This document shows, in pieces, positions 1-9,538 of a stretch of 64,000 nt of DNA (position 1 is the stretch's first letter; each line of letters opens with the position of its first letter). The position numbers were made by a program, and so were the translations under genes. Source of the DNA: Nanobdellota archaeon (GTDB lineage: Archaea; Nanobdellota; Nanobdellia; Pacearchaeales; GW2011-AR1). The notes below the pieces were generated by a model. It ran no database searches. It was not told the origin of the DNA and saw only the letters and a program-made list of their open reading frames with translations. Where the stretch lies: positions 95,301 through 159,300 of the forward strand of contig JBBSXJ010000004.1 in the NCBI GenBank assembly GCA_038045825.1, read 5' to 3'.

Positions 1-1074
1 AAAGAGATTATTGAATCAAATGATGAATATTACATAAAGACTGATAAGATTGCTTTGATAGTTCAAGAATATTTTAACTCTCTTAATGTTGATGAGAAGA
101 AAGAGTTTGAAAACTCCATTACAGAAGCTAACAAGAATTATTACATGGAAGTATCAAAAGAATATGAAAAGACAGTAATTCACAAAGTTGGAATAGATGG
201 TTTGGATATTTCTTATTCTGGGACTGCTGAAGTTCCTGGTTATGTTTTGAATCAATTCTCAATGGATGAATATAAGGGTAATTTTAGGATTGCAACAACC
301 ACTGGAAACAGTTTTGGAAATATTGATCACTCTCTTAATCACCTTTATATTTTGAATGAAGATTTGGAGATTATTGGCAGTGTTGAAAATCTTGCTTCTG
401 GTGAAAGGATATATTCTGCTCGTTTTGTTGGAGAGAAGGCTTATATGGTTACTTTCAGGCAAGTAGATCCATTATATGTTATTGATTTATCTGATGCTTC
501 AAATCCAGAGGTTTTAGGATTCTTGAAAGTTACAGGATTTTCTAACTATCTTCATCCTATCGGAAATGATCTCCTGCTTGGAATAGGCCGTGAAGCTACT
601 GAAGAAGGAAGAACTGAAGGTTTGAAAATATCTTTGTTTGATGTTTCTGATTTTGAGAATCCTATTGAACTTGATAAGTATGTTGTTGAAAGTGATTGGT
701 CTTATTCAGAGGCCGAATATGAACATAAAGCAGTATTATTTGATGATGCCCGTGATTTGCTTGTTATTCCCGTTACATATTCTCAGCAATTAGGAAATAG
801 TTGGGAATATTGGCAGGGAGCTTTTGCCTTTACTGTAACTGATGAGGATGTATCTTTGAAAGGAAAGATATCTCATGATATGAAGAAAGACAATGTTAAA
901 GAATATTATGGGGAATATGGTTATGTTCAAAGATCTTTGTTTATGGATGATGTTCTTTACACGGTATCTAATCGTATGGTGAAAGCTAATTCTATTAATA
1001 ATTTGACTTTCATCTCTGATGTTGACTTGCCTTTCGAAGAACCTATTTATTATGCAGTGGATGCAGTTAGATAA
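1..1074 (+). CDS. beta-propeller domain protein, C-terminal part (5' end lies outside the window; frame is open to position 1)
   Basis: ORF 55..1074 stays open upstream to window edge; sequence resembles archaeal beta-propeller (Beta_propel-like) secreted proteins (…YSARFVGEKAYMVTFRQVDPLYVIDLSD…). Confidence 0.45.
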   Translation, partial: KEIIESNDEYYIKTDKIALIVQEYFNSLNVDEKKEFENSITEANKNYYMEVSKEYEKTVIHKVGIDGLDISYSGTAEVPGYVLNQFSMDEYKGNFRIATTTGNSFGNIDHSLNHLYILNEDLEIIGSVENLASGERIYSARFVGEKAYMVTFRQVDPLYVIDLSDASNPEVLGFLKVTGFSNYLHPIGNDLLLGIGREATEEGRTEGLKISLFDVSDFENPIELDKYVVESDWSYSEAEYEHKAVLFDDARDLLVIPVTYSQQLGNSWEYWQGAFAFTVTDEDVSLKGKISHDMKKDNVKEYYGEYGYVQRSLFMDDVLYTVSNRMVKANSINNLTFISDVDLPFEEPIYYAVDAVR

Positions 1075-1302
1075 TTTGGCAACTATCTGTATGGAACATT
1101 CTTCCTAAAAGAAAGATTGTATGGTTGCTAAGAATCCTTGCAGATAGCAAAGAACCTCTCAAGATTATTATGGAGAGAATAAAATCTAAGAAGGTTATTA
1201 TATTCAATGAAATAGCTTGTGCTAGAGCCCACTTAAAGATGAATGAGAAGATAAAAAAAGCTTTTATTAAAACTTAAAAAGCTTGTTTTGTCTTGATTTT
1301 AT

Positions 1303-2346
1303 ATGTTAACTAAAAAACAATTATCTGAAATACGCGAACATCTTGAAAAGGCTCAAAATCCTATATTCTTATATGACAATGATGTTGATGGGCTTTCTAG
1401 TTATGTTCTTTTGAGAAGATTTATTGGTCGCGGTAAAGGTGTTGCTGTAAAATCTCATCCTATTATAGATGTTAATTATGCTAAGAGAGTTCAAGAACTT
1501 GGAGGAGATTATGTTTTTGTCTTGGATAGACATTCCCTTGGAGATAATTTTGTAAATGAAATATCTATGCTTCAAATTCCTATAGTTTGGATAGATCATC
1601 ATGATGTTTCCGAGGAAGAACACTCTTACTCGATGCTTTATAGATATAATCCTATGAAGAATAAAAAGAAAAGTTCAGAACCAACAACTTATTTATGCTA
1701 TAGTGCTACTAAACGTGCAGAGGATATTTGGCTTGTTTTGATAGGTTGTATTGCTGATCACTATCTTCCTGATTTTGTTAGTGAATTTGCAAACAACTAC
1801 GGCGTCTTGTGGGGTAAAGATATAAAAGAACCTTTTCAGGCGCTTTATTCTACTGGGATAGGGCGCCTAGCTCGTGCATTGAGTTTTGGTTTGAAAGATT
1901 CAATAAGCCATGTTGTTCAGTTACAGAACTTCTTGATTGCTTGTAAGAGTCCATATGATATAGGGCAGGAACTTGAAAGCAATAGTGCCTTTGCGATAAA
2001 ATATAAAGAGATATCTAAGAAGTATTCTGCTCTTCTTGATGATGCAAAGAAAAATGGAGAAGAAAAGTTAATATTTTATAATTACAGCGGTCAGTTGAGT
2101 ATAAGCTCTGATTTATCAAATGAGCTTTCTTACATTTATTCTAAGAGCTACATTTGTGTTTGCTATAGTTCTGGACCAATTACAAATATTTCTCTTAGGG
2201 GAAATAATGTGAAGAAGATTCTTGCAGAGATATTGCCATTGCTTGATGGTGCTACCGGAGGAGGACATAGAGATGCAGTTGGTGCCAGGATAAAAACTGA
2301 AAATTTGGAACGTTTTAGAAAAGAACTTGAATCTAGAATTAAGTAA
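1303..2346 (+). CDS. DHH/DHHA1 family phosphoesterase (NrnA-like nanoRNase / pAp phosphatase)
   Basis: DxDxDG motif (YDNDVDGLSS), DHH motif (WIDHHDV), C-terminal DHHA1 GGGH motif (ATGGGHRDAVGARI). Confidence 0.6.
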   Translation: MLTKKQLSEIREHLEKAQNPIFLYDNDVDGLSSYVLLRRFIGRGKGVAVKSHPIIDVNYAKRVQELGGDYVFVLDRHSLGDNFVNEISMLQIPIVWIDHHDVSEEEHSYSMLYRYNPMKNKKKSSEPTTYLCYSATKRAEDIWLVLIGCIADHYLPDFVSEFANNYGVLWGKDIKEPFQALYSTGIGRLARALSFGLKDSISHVVQLQNFLIACKSPYDIGQELESNSAFAIKYKEISKKYSALLDDAKKNGEEKLIFYNYSGQLSISSDLSNELSYIYSKSYICVCYSSGPITNISLRGNNVKKILAEILPLLDGATGGGHRDAVGARIKTENLERFRKELESRIK

Positions 2347-2462
2347 TTTTATAAATAATTTTAAACTCAGATTTTTATAATGAGATGCATCAGATATGTC
2401 AAGTGTTTTAAAAAAATGGAACTTACCGCTGGATTTAAAAACTAAATTCTTAACACTTTTTA

Positions 2463-3155
2463 ATGGATGATTTAAAAGCCCCATTACATTTGGCGATTAT
2501 CCCGGACGGTAATCGTAGATGGGCCGAATCTCAAGGATTAAGTGCAGTTAAGGGATACTCTAAAGTTGATTATAATCATTTAGAGGGTTTAATTCTAGAA
2601 GCTAAAAATCTTGGAGTGAAATATATGAGCTTATGGCTCTTCTCAACTGAAAACTGGAAGCGTTCTAAAACTGAGATAGATTTTTTATTTAATCATTTTT
2701 TAAAAAATAAAGATGCTCTTTTGGATGGTGCAATAAAAAATAATGTTAAATTGAAGCACCTAGGCAGAAAAGACAGGTTACCTAATAAAGTTATTCAAGC
2801 ATTAGATTTGCTTGAAAATCAGACCAAAGACAACAAAGAATTTACTGTCTTGATTTGTATGGATTATGGTGGAAGAGATGAAATTCTGAGAGCTATTAAT
2901 AATGCTTTGAAGTCAGGACAAAGCAGTATTAGTGAAAAAGAATTCAGGAACTATCTTGATTCTAAAGATGTTCCAGATCCTGATTTAATAATTAGAACCT
3001 CTGGAGAACAAAGATTAAGCGGATTTATGCCTTTTCAATCTGTTTATAGTGAGTTTTATTTTGCTGATATGCATTTCCCTGACTTTGTTGCTAGTGATTT
3101 GAAGACTGCTATTGAAGATTATTCTAAAAGAAAGAGAAGACTTGGTGGTAATTGA
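2463..3155 (+). CDS. uppS: cis-prenyltransferase / undecaprenyl-diphosphate synthase-type enzyme
   Basis: IIPDGNRRWA substrate-binding motif and overall UPPS-family sequence. Confidence 0.85.
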   Translation: MDDLKAPLHLAIIPDGNRRWAESQGLSAVKGYSKVDYNHLEGLILEAKNLGVKYMSLWLFSTENWKRSKTEIDFLFNHFLKNKDALLDGAIKNNVKLKHLGRKDRLPNKVIQALDLLENQTKDNKEFTVLICMDYGGRDEILRAINNALKSGQSSISEKEFRNYLDSKDVPDPDLIIRTSGEQRLSGFMPFQSVYSEFYFADMHFPDFVASDLKTAIEDYSKRKRRLGGN

Positions 3156-3694
3156 AGAGCCTGCATAATATTTATATGCTCTTCTTTCCTTTATCATTTA
3201 TGGCTATAAGGAGAGATCAATTTTTTCTTGGATTAATTAGGATATGTCTTGGATTTGTATTTCTATGGGCTTTTTTAGATAAAACTTTCGGATTGGGTTT
3301 TGCTACTGTTTCTGAGAAGGCGTGGCTTGCCGGCGGTTCTCCTACATCTGGTTTCTTACTTAATGGAACTCATGGACTATTTGCAGGATTTTATCAATCT
3401 CTTGCTAATATACTTTTAATTGACTGGATCTTTATGATTGGTTTGCTCTGCATAGGATTATCTCTTATACTTGGAATTGCAGTTAGGATCGCAGGATATA
3501 GTGGTGCTTTACTTATGCTTTTAATGTACACTGCAGCTATGCCACCATCAAATAATCCTTTAATTGATGACCATATTATCTATGCATTAATTTTGCTTTT
3601 GTTTGCTAATGTGAAGATGGTAGGGCACTGGTTTGGAATGGGGGGTCTTTGGTCTAAGACTTCTCTGGTAAAAAAATATAGATTTCTTGAATAA
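3152..3694 (+). CDS. DoxX-like integral membrane protein
   Basis: multiple TM helices; LIRICLGFVFLWAFLDK resembles DoxX motif; true start may be internal (MAIRR…). Confidence 0.4.
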   Translation: MKSLHNIYMLFFPLSFMAIRRDQFFLGLIRICLGFVFLWAFLDKTFGLGFATVSEKAWLAGGSPTSGFLLNGTHGLFAGFYQSLANILLIDWIFMIGLLCIGLSLILGIAVRIAGYSGALLMLLMYTAAMPPSNNPLIDDHIIYALILLLFANVKMVGHWFGMGGLWSKTSLVKKYRFLE

Positions 3695-3748
3695 TCCAAA
3701 TTAATCAAAGAGAATTTGATTAATTATTCTTTATTTGTCTTAAATTCT

Positions 3749-3925
3749 CTAATTGACAATTCTTGATGTCGATAGTCTCTCACACAAACTACACCCTTTA
3801 GGGTGTGTTCAAGACTTCGATCATCCAAAAATCGAGCACCAATCAAACCACACACTAAAGTGTGTGGTGGTGCATCGATTTTTTGATTTAACTCTTTATT
3901 AAAAAAGAGAGAATTGTCAATAACT
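3749..3925. other. structured intergenic element: 10-bp terminal inverted repeat (ttgacaattc … gaattgtcaa) enclosing two perfect tetraloop hairpins (acaccc-ttta-gggtgt; accacacac-taaa-gtgtgtggt)
   Basis: seen directly in sequence between DoxX-like gene and gatB; GC-richer than flanks. Confidence 0.3.
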
Positions 3926-3953
3926 TAATATATTCAGGTTTTTTGTTCTAAAT

Positions 3954-5321
3954 ATGGTTAAACTGAAATGCGGACTTGAGATACATACTTATATTTTAAC
4001 TAATGAAAAGCTTTTTTGCAGATGTAAAGCCTCTCGTGAGAGAGGACTTGAACCTAATACTTTGATTTGTCCAATATGCACTGGTCAGCCTGGAGCAAAA
4101 CCCATGGCTCCTAATTTAAATGCTGTTGAGAAAGCTGTACAAATTGCATCAATGCTTGGGTGTAAAATCAATAGTGAAATGCCTTGGATGAGAAAACATT
4201 ATGATTGGCCTGACTTGCCTAAAGGTTATCAAAATACTATGAGTGGGGCTCACGCTGTTCCACTAGGGGTGAATGGTAAGTTTGAAGGAGTAAATATTGA
4301 AAGTATGCATTTAGAAGAAGATCCTGCTGCGTGGGATCCAAAAACTGGAGAGGTTGATTATAACCGAAGTGGATTGCCTTTAGTTGAAATAGTAACTGCT
4401 CCTGAATTTAAATCTGCAGATGAAGTTTATCATTGGGTAAATAAGTTAATTCACGCTTTGAATTATCTTAAAGTTGTTGATTCTAACGCTGGTATTAAAG
4501 CCGATGTTAATGTTTCATTAATTGATGATAGTGGTAAACAGAGGACAGAGAGGGTTGAAATCAAAAACATTACATCTATTGATGCAATGAAATCAGCTAT
4601 TCTTTTTGAGTTTGAACGTCAGTCTAAAGAGGGAAGTGTCCGTGAGACTAGAAGATATGATGAATCCAAGGGTATTACAATGAGAATGAGGAGCAAGGAA
4701 AAACAGGATGATTATAGATTCATAGTTGATCCTGATTTAATGTCTGTTGCATTAAAAAAGAGTTTTATTGATAATCAGGAGAAACTAATTCCTGAATTAC
4801 CTAGCGTTAAACTTGAGAAGCTGATTAAGAAATATAAAATAGACTCTATGAACGCTCTTGTTCTTGCTAAGGATTTAGATATAGTTTCATTCTTTGAAAA
4901 TGTTGCTGAAAAGATTGATGGAAAATTTGCTCTACCTTGGATTACTGTTGAATTACTTAGGGTATTGAATTATAATAACAAGAAGTTAAGTGAAGTTTTT
5001 GTTTCAGTTGAACATTTTGTTAAACTTCTTCACTTGGTGAAAGAAAAGAAAATAACTGAATTGCAGGCAAAACAGATTTTGAATAAATTTGTTCCTCAAA
5101 GTTTTGATCCTTCTAAGACAGAGGGAAGGATTGAAAGCGAGAAGGAACTTGAACCTGTGATCAGAAAAGTTTTGAATGAACATAAGAAAGTTGTAATTGA
5201 TTATATTAATGGAGATGTTAAGTCATTCAATTATTTGATTGGGGAAGTTATGCGTGCGACAAACAGAAGGGCTGATTCTAATGCTGTTAGAAAATTGCTT
5301 GAAAAAATGATAAAGAAGTAG
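3954..5321 (+). CDS. gatB: Asp-tRNA(Asn)/Glu-tRNA(Gln) amidotransferase subunit B
   Basis: GLEIH motif near N-terminus, GatB/GatE catalytic domain, C-terminal GatB/YqeY domain; 455 aa. Confidence 0.8.
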   Translation: MVKLKCGLEIHTYILTNEKLFCRCKASRERGLEPNTLICPICTGQPGAKPMAPNLNAVEKAVQIASMLGCKINSEMPWMRKHYDWPDLPKGYQNTMSGAHAVPLGVNGKFEGVNIESMHLEEDPAAWDPKTGEVDYNRSGLPLVEIVTAPEFKSADEVYHWVNKLIHALNYLKVVDSNAGIKADVNVSLIDDSGKQRTERVEIKNITSIDAMKSAILFEFERQSKEGSVRETRRYDESKGITMRMRSKEKQDDYRFIVDPDLMSVALKKSFIDNQEKLIPELPSVKLEKLIKKYKIDSMNALVLAKDLDIVSFFENVAEKIDGKFALPWITVELLRVLNYNNKKLSEVFVSVEHFVKLLHLVKEKKITELQAKQILNKFVPQSFDPSKTEGRIESEKELEPVIRKVLNEHKKVVIDYINGDVKSFNYLIGEVMRATNRRADSNAVRKLLEKMIKK

Positions 5322-5364
5322 ATTTAGATAGTTTTATAAATATGTAAGTACATGTTAGAACATC

Positions 5365-5562
5365 ATGGCTGATAGGAAAAGAATGAAGAAACTGAGAGAG
5401 AAGAGAATTGAATCTGTAAAAGAACAGATAGAAAAGCATGAAGATAAAATCAAAACCCAGAAAGGAAGAAAAGATACGACTAAAGAGTATTGGCAGAAGG
5501 AAATTGATGAAAAATTTCTTAAACAACTTAAAGAAGATGCAGATTATTTAGGGAAACATTGA
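5365..5562 (+). CDS. hypothetical Lys/Glu-rich coiled-coil small protein
   Basis: 65-aa ORF in tight spacing upstream of 5567 gene; no recognisable domain. Confidence 0.3.
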   Translation: MADRKRMKKLREKRIESVKEQIEKHEDKIKTQKGRKDTTKEYWQKEIDEKFLKQLKEDADYLGKH

Positions 5563-5566
5563 TTAA

Positions 5567-6355
5567 ATGGAAATTGAAATAAAGAAAACAGTAAAAGCAG
5601 GTAATTCTTCAGCAGTCATACTACCGAGAGCGTGGCTCGATCAAGAAGTGCGTGTTGAACTTATCAAAAAAACTCCTCAAAAGATTCTTTATGAAACTTT
5701 GAGTATTGTTGGAAGATATATAGATACTAAAGAAATAATTGGAATTTACTTGGTTGGAAGCTATGCTCGCCAGGAGGATAGTGGAGAGAGTGATATAGAT
5801 ATTCTAATTGTTACCTCTAATGTGGATAAAGAGATGATTCACGATGGAATTTATAGTATATTAATTATTTCAGATGAATTATTAAGATGGAAACTGGAAA
5901 ATGACTTGCTTCCAATTGGACCTATGATTAAAGAGGCTATATCTTTGATAAATTCATCTTATTTGAATTCGATAAAAATAACTCCTACTGTGAATAATTT
6001 GAAATGGTATATAGAAACAACAAAAGATAAGCTAGGTTTGATAAGAAATGTTTTAGATATTACAAAAGAAAAAGTAAACGATAAAGTGGTTTATAGTCTT
6101 GTTTTAAGAATAAGAACTCTTTATACTATACTTAAACTGATTAATAATGAGAAATACTCAAAAAAAGAATTTGTAAGACTTATAGAAAAGATTTCAGGCA
6201 CTACTAAAGTTTATGATTCTTATGTTTTGGTAAAGAATAATTTAGAAAAAGATGCTGTTTGTACAAAAGAAGAAGCTGAAAAGCTATATACTTATTTAGC
6301 AAATCAATTAAAGAAGGTTATAATTTTACTTAAGAAAAATCTAAAACATAGGTAA
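5567..6355 (+). CDS. AbrB/SpoVT-like DNA-binding domain fused to Pol-beta-type nucleotidyltransferase (MNT-like) with helical C-terminal domain
   Basis: N-term KAGNSSAVILPRAWL (swapped-hairpin AbrB/MazE-like); GS…D-x-D NTase motif (YLVGSYARQEDSGESDIDILIV). Confidence 0.55.
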   Translation: MEIEIKKTVKAGNSSAVILPRAWLDQEVRVELIKKTPQKILYETLSIVGRYIDTKEIIGIYLVGSYARQEDSGESDIDILIVTSNVDKEMIHDGIYSILIISDELLRWKLENDLLPIGPMIKEAISLINSSYLNSIKITPTVNNLKWYIETTKDKLGLIRNVLDITKEKVNDKVVYSLVLRIRTLYTILKLINNEKYSKKEFVRLIEKISGTTKVYDSYVLVKNNLEKDAVCTKEEAEKLYTYLANQLKKVIILLKKNLKHR

Positions 6356-6453
6356 TGTCTTACAACTTTCTAAATTAAAAGCATTCTTGAGCAAATTGGT
6401 TTATTTTACAAAAAGGTGATATTTAAAATACCTCATTTTACTGGTTTAATAAA

Positions 6454-6526
6454 GACCCCATAGTTTAATGGATCAGAATACGGGACTTCGGATCCTGTGA
6501 TCGAGGTTCGATTCCTCGTGGGGTCA
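6454..6526 (+). tRNA. tRNA-Arg (anticodon TCG)
   Basis: 7-bp acceptor GACCCCA/TGGGGTC, anticodon stem CGGGA/TCCTG with loop CTTCGGA, T-arm CGAGG-TTCGATT-CCTCG, discriminator A, followed by T-run; TATA-like tttaaaata about 25 bp upstream. Confidence 0.8.
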
Positions 6527-6624
6527 TTTTCGGCTTGCATATCGTACATTTTATCAGCCTTTACGGCTCGTGCATATGGCTATATGATTCAAATCGTGTG
6601 AAGTAGCTCAATTATAAGAACTTT

Positions 6625-6951
6625 TCAATCATTGTTATGCGAATGAGGACCATATCCATAATTATAATGGAGCCTACCAATGTTATGATCTCCATCTTCT
6701 ACCAGACTAGGAAAACGTGGAATGGTTCTAATCTCATTATCTCTTCTGTCTCTCACAAAAATGAATTTATGATTTGCTTGTCTAACTGTAAATGCTTCAG
6801 ATCCTTGAGGAAGATCTTTTAGATCTCTTTTTCTTTTTACAGAGTAAACTCCAATTACTCTAGGGCTATGAGTATCGAGTCCAGCAATAGCTACATAAGT
6901 GGCTCCCTTTCTATTTGGACTAGGTCTACTGTAATTTACTACTTTTACCAT
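6625..6951 (-). CDS. hypothetical protein
   Basis: 108-aa ORF, no recognisable motif. Confidence 0.3.
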   Translation of the reverse strand: MVKVVNYSRPSPNRKGATYVAIAGLDTHSPRVIGVYSVKRKRDLKDLPQGSEAFTVRQANHKFIFVRDRRDNEIRTIPRFPSLVEDGDHNIGRLHYNYGYGPHSHNND

Positions 6952-6987
6952 AAAAATCTATCAAATGGTCAATTTTTAAATCTATGT

Positions 6988-9489
6988 TTAATAGTTCTTT
7001 AGAAATTCTCTATTCTTTTCAATGAACTTTAGGTTTAGATCTAGAATTTCAAGGGCATTTGCTTTTATCATTTCATAACGGAATTTGTTCTTTTCTAATA
7101 ATTCTTTTACTCCCTCTTTTGCTGATGTTGTGACTTGGCATATTACTAATGGGTCTACAAAATCTCTCATGATGTAATGGTTGTCTTGATGTTTATCGAA
7201 CTTGCTCCAGTTTTTTTTAGCCCAATCTAAAAGTATCCTTTGAGCTGCTGGATTTATCATAAGATTTCTTAACACATAGAGAAGATCTTGGGATCTTACT
7301 TTATCACTAATTGCATAGTCTAGAGTTTTTGAAAGTAATTTTGGATCAAAGAAACAACCTAACCCCCCTAACAACTTAACTTTTGACTCTAATTCTTTTG
7401 ATGATTCATATTTTGAGATCATATCTTTAAACAACTTTTCATCCCCATCTCTTGCAACTATGAAATAGATTGGATTTGCTATATCTAATTCGATATCTTC
7501 ACTAGCATAAATCTTTTTAGCTTGCTCTATTGTTTCTTTATCATATGCATAACCACAGAAACTAATGCATAAACTTCTCATTAATCTATCGTCTGAAGAA
7601 TCACTTTGTTTGTTTTTCCATCCTAGTTTGTTTAATTGTTTTTTATATGTTGGAAGTAACTTGTCCAATATTTTCTTTCTTGATTTTGGCCACCAACTTT
7701 CATAATAAAATAGTCTGTCTATTTTTCTAATTGCTGAGGAAACTTCTGCTAATGTAATGTAGTTATCTTCTTCCAAATAATTATCTAGTAAATTGAGATA
7801 GATCTTTAAGTCAACTTCACTAAAATTACACAAAGCCCATAAATCATTGTGGATACCCCACCTATCCTCTTTAGGTAATTTCTTTTCTTTAACAAGCTTA
7901 CTTAAATTATTTAGGATCTCTTCTGAATACTTTGTTCTATAAAACCCGAAATGTTTATGATTAAGTTTAGGTAGGTTGAAAGGGTGATTTTCTTCTTTTT
8001 TATCTAATAGTATCTTGCTCTCTTTTCCTTCTTCGTAAATTGAAATAGGCACCGGCCATAATTGGGAGCTATTTTTATTGAATCTTTTTTGTGATATTTT
8101 TACTCCAGCTTTTGATTTTTCTACAGAAACTAGAGGGTAACCTGGCTCTGAAATCCAGCTTTCCATCATTTCTTTTACTTTTTTATTGTGAGATACTTCT
8201 TTAAGACAGTCCCAGAAATCTGATGCACTTGCGTTACTATAAGAATACTTCTTTAAATAATTTGATACTCCTTTTCTGAATTGTTCTTCTCCTATAAAAT
8301 TCTCAAGCATTCTTAGTATGCTTCCACCTTTTTCATAACTTATTTCATCAAATATTTCTCCTATTTCATCTGGATTCTTCACTTCAACTTTTATAGGGTG
8401 GGTTGTTTTTAGAGAGTCTTTGAATAATCCTAATGCTAAAGCGCCAGATAAGTAGTCATCCCAGACATTCCATTCTGGATTGTAATTGTGAACTGCTTTG
8501 AATGCCATGTAATTTGCGAAACTTTCATTAAGCCAAAGATCTTCCCACCATTTCATTGTAACTAGATCTCCAGACCATTGATGCCATAATTCATGAGAAA
8601 TTACTTCAGCTGATAATTTTTTTCTTGCAGTAGAACTTTTTTCTAGATCTATTAGAAGAATTACTTCTCTAAATGCTATTGCTCCCCAATTTTCCATTCC
8701 TCCTACATTAAAGTCTGGTACAGCTATCAAGTCTAATTTTTCTAAAGGATATGGTACTTCGGAATACTTTTCAAAATATTCAAGATATTTTTTAGTTTTA
8801 TTAATTGCAAATGAAGCATTATTTGTTTTTCCCGGAGTAGTTACTATTCTTATTTTTACAGATTTGTAATTGTCTTCTAGAAACTCGAAATCCCCTATTC
8901 CTAAATAGAAAAGATAAGAAGACATTTTTGGACTTGTTTTGAAAGTTACTGTTTTTTTGTTGTTTTCTATTTTTTCTGATTTTGGTAATGTGTTGCTTAT
9001 TGCTTTGAGATTCTTTTCTATTATTGCTATTATGTCAAAAGTGGCTTTTTTTGCAGGTTCATCAAAACAAGGGAATATTCTTCTTGCATATGGTGCTTCG
9101 CACTGAGTTGTTATAATATGCTCTGTCTTTTCTTTGTGTTCGTATTTGCTTTTGTATATTCCTGCTAAATCTTCAGTTATTAAGCCATCAAATTCGATAT
9201 GTATTTCTATATCTCCTTTGATTTCTTTTTGGACTTCTAGTGTAATTGTTTCAGAATCTTTGTCTTCTTTTATTTTTGGAAGCAAACATTGAGTTCCTAT
9301 ACATATAGTTGCTGTCTTAATTTTAGAATTTTTTGAGTGAAGAATTATCTCTTTTGTTTGTTTTGATATATTTGCTTTTATTTGAACTGAACCTTTGTAA
9401 GAGTTCATATCTTTTGAAGGTTCTATTGATATTGTATAGTGTGATGGATTAACAAAATCTTGCAATCTTGCCATCTCTTTTTTACTCAT
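6988..9489 (-). CDS. pepN: M1-family zinc aminopeptidase (aminopeptidase N / tricorn-interacting factor F3-like)
   Basis: HELWHQW zinc-binding HEXXH motif followed by WLNESFA glutamate motif; 833 aa. Confidence 0.85.
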   Translation of the reverse strand: MSKKEMARLQDFVNPSHYTISIEPSKDMNSYKGSVQIKANISKQTKEIILHSKNSKIKTATICIGTQCLLPKIKEDKDSETITLEVQKEIKGDIEIHIEFDGLITEDLAGIYKSKYEHKEKTEHIITTQCEAPYARRIFPCFDEPAKKATFDIIAIIEKNLKAISNTLPKSEKIENNKKTVTFKTSPKMSSYLFYLGIGDFEFLEDNYKSVKIRIVTTPGKTNNASFAINKTKKYLEYFEKYSEVPYPLEKLDLIAVPDFNVGGMENWGAIAFREVILLIDLEKSSTARKKLSAEVISHELWHQWSGDLVTMKWWEDLWLNESFANYMAFKAVHNYNPEWNVWDDYLSGALALGLFKDSLKTTHPIKVEVKNPDEIGEIFDEISYEKGGSILRMLENFIGEEQFRKGVSNYLKKYSYSNASASDFWDCLKEVSHNKKVKEMMESWISEPGYPLVSVEKSKAGVKISQKRFNKNSSQLWPVPISIYEEGKESKILLDKKEENHPFNLPKLNHKHFGFYRTKYSEEILNNLSKLVKEKKLPKEDRWGIHNDLWALCNFSEVDLKIYLNLLDNYLEEDNYITLAEVSSAIRKIDRLFYYESWWPKSRKKILDKLLPTYKKQLNKLGWKNKQSDSSDDRLMRSLCISFCGYAYDKETIEQAKKIYASEDIELDIANPIYFIVARDGDEKLFKDMISKYESSKELESKVKLLGGLGCFFDPKLLSKTLDYAISDKVRSQDLLYVLRNLMINPAAQRILLDWAKKNWSKFDKHQDNHYIMRDFVDPLVICQVTTSAKEGVKELLEKNKFRYEMIKANALEILDLNLKFIEKNREFLKNY

Positions 9490-9538
9490 GTTATCTCTTG
9501 TAGATAAGGTTTAATAAGTATTATCCTTCTTTTTTTAT

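Noticed and set aside
259-462. Short antisense ORFs inside longer genes: 259..462, 1369..1623, 2116..2484, 3015..3197, 5287..5526, 10735..10920, 11361..11603, 11989..12415, 14648..14854, 17725..18182, 18669..18992, 19856..20053, 21490..21783, 22636..23049, 24693..24878, 25365..25571, 26737..26961, 29316..29754, 30173..30823, 31879..32596, 35603..35866, 39721..39909, 40807..41037, 42468..42686, 44839..45072, 45271..45474, 48419..49098, 49707..49931, 50224..50667, 51657..51980, 52575..52763, 53373..53564, 53918..54202, 54603..54827, 55305..55664, 56759..56956, 57465..57770, 58741..59133, 59551..59751, 63472..63873
   Set aside because: Low-complexity translations (Leu/Phe/Ile/Ser-rich) typical of reverse-strand frames in AT-rich coding DNA; each is fully embedded in a well-supported gene
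1071-1280. Open frame after the beta-propeller gene translating to …LLRILADSKEPLKIIMERIKSKK…
   Set aside because: Reminiscent of an Lrp-type N-terminus, but no start codon and only ~60 codons; flanking 7-bp IR (ctatctg/cagatag) suggests regulatory or terminator DNA rather than a gene
6527-6624. GC-richer ~100 bp after tRNA-Arg with short tgcatat repeats, considered as an integration scar (att site)
   Set aside because: No duplicated copy of the tRNA 3' end and no integrase nearby; only weak short repeats
6637-6822. 61-aa plus-strand ORF overlapping the 6625..6951 minus-strand ORF
   Set aside because: Both are weak; the longer minus-strand ORF was kept at low confidence and the shorter overlapping one discarded
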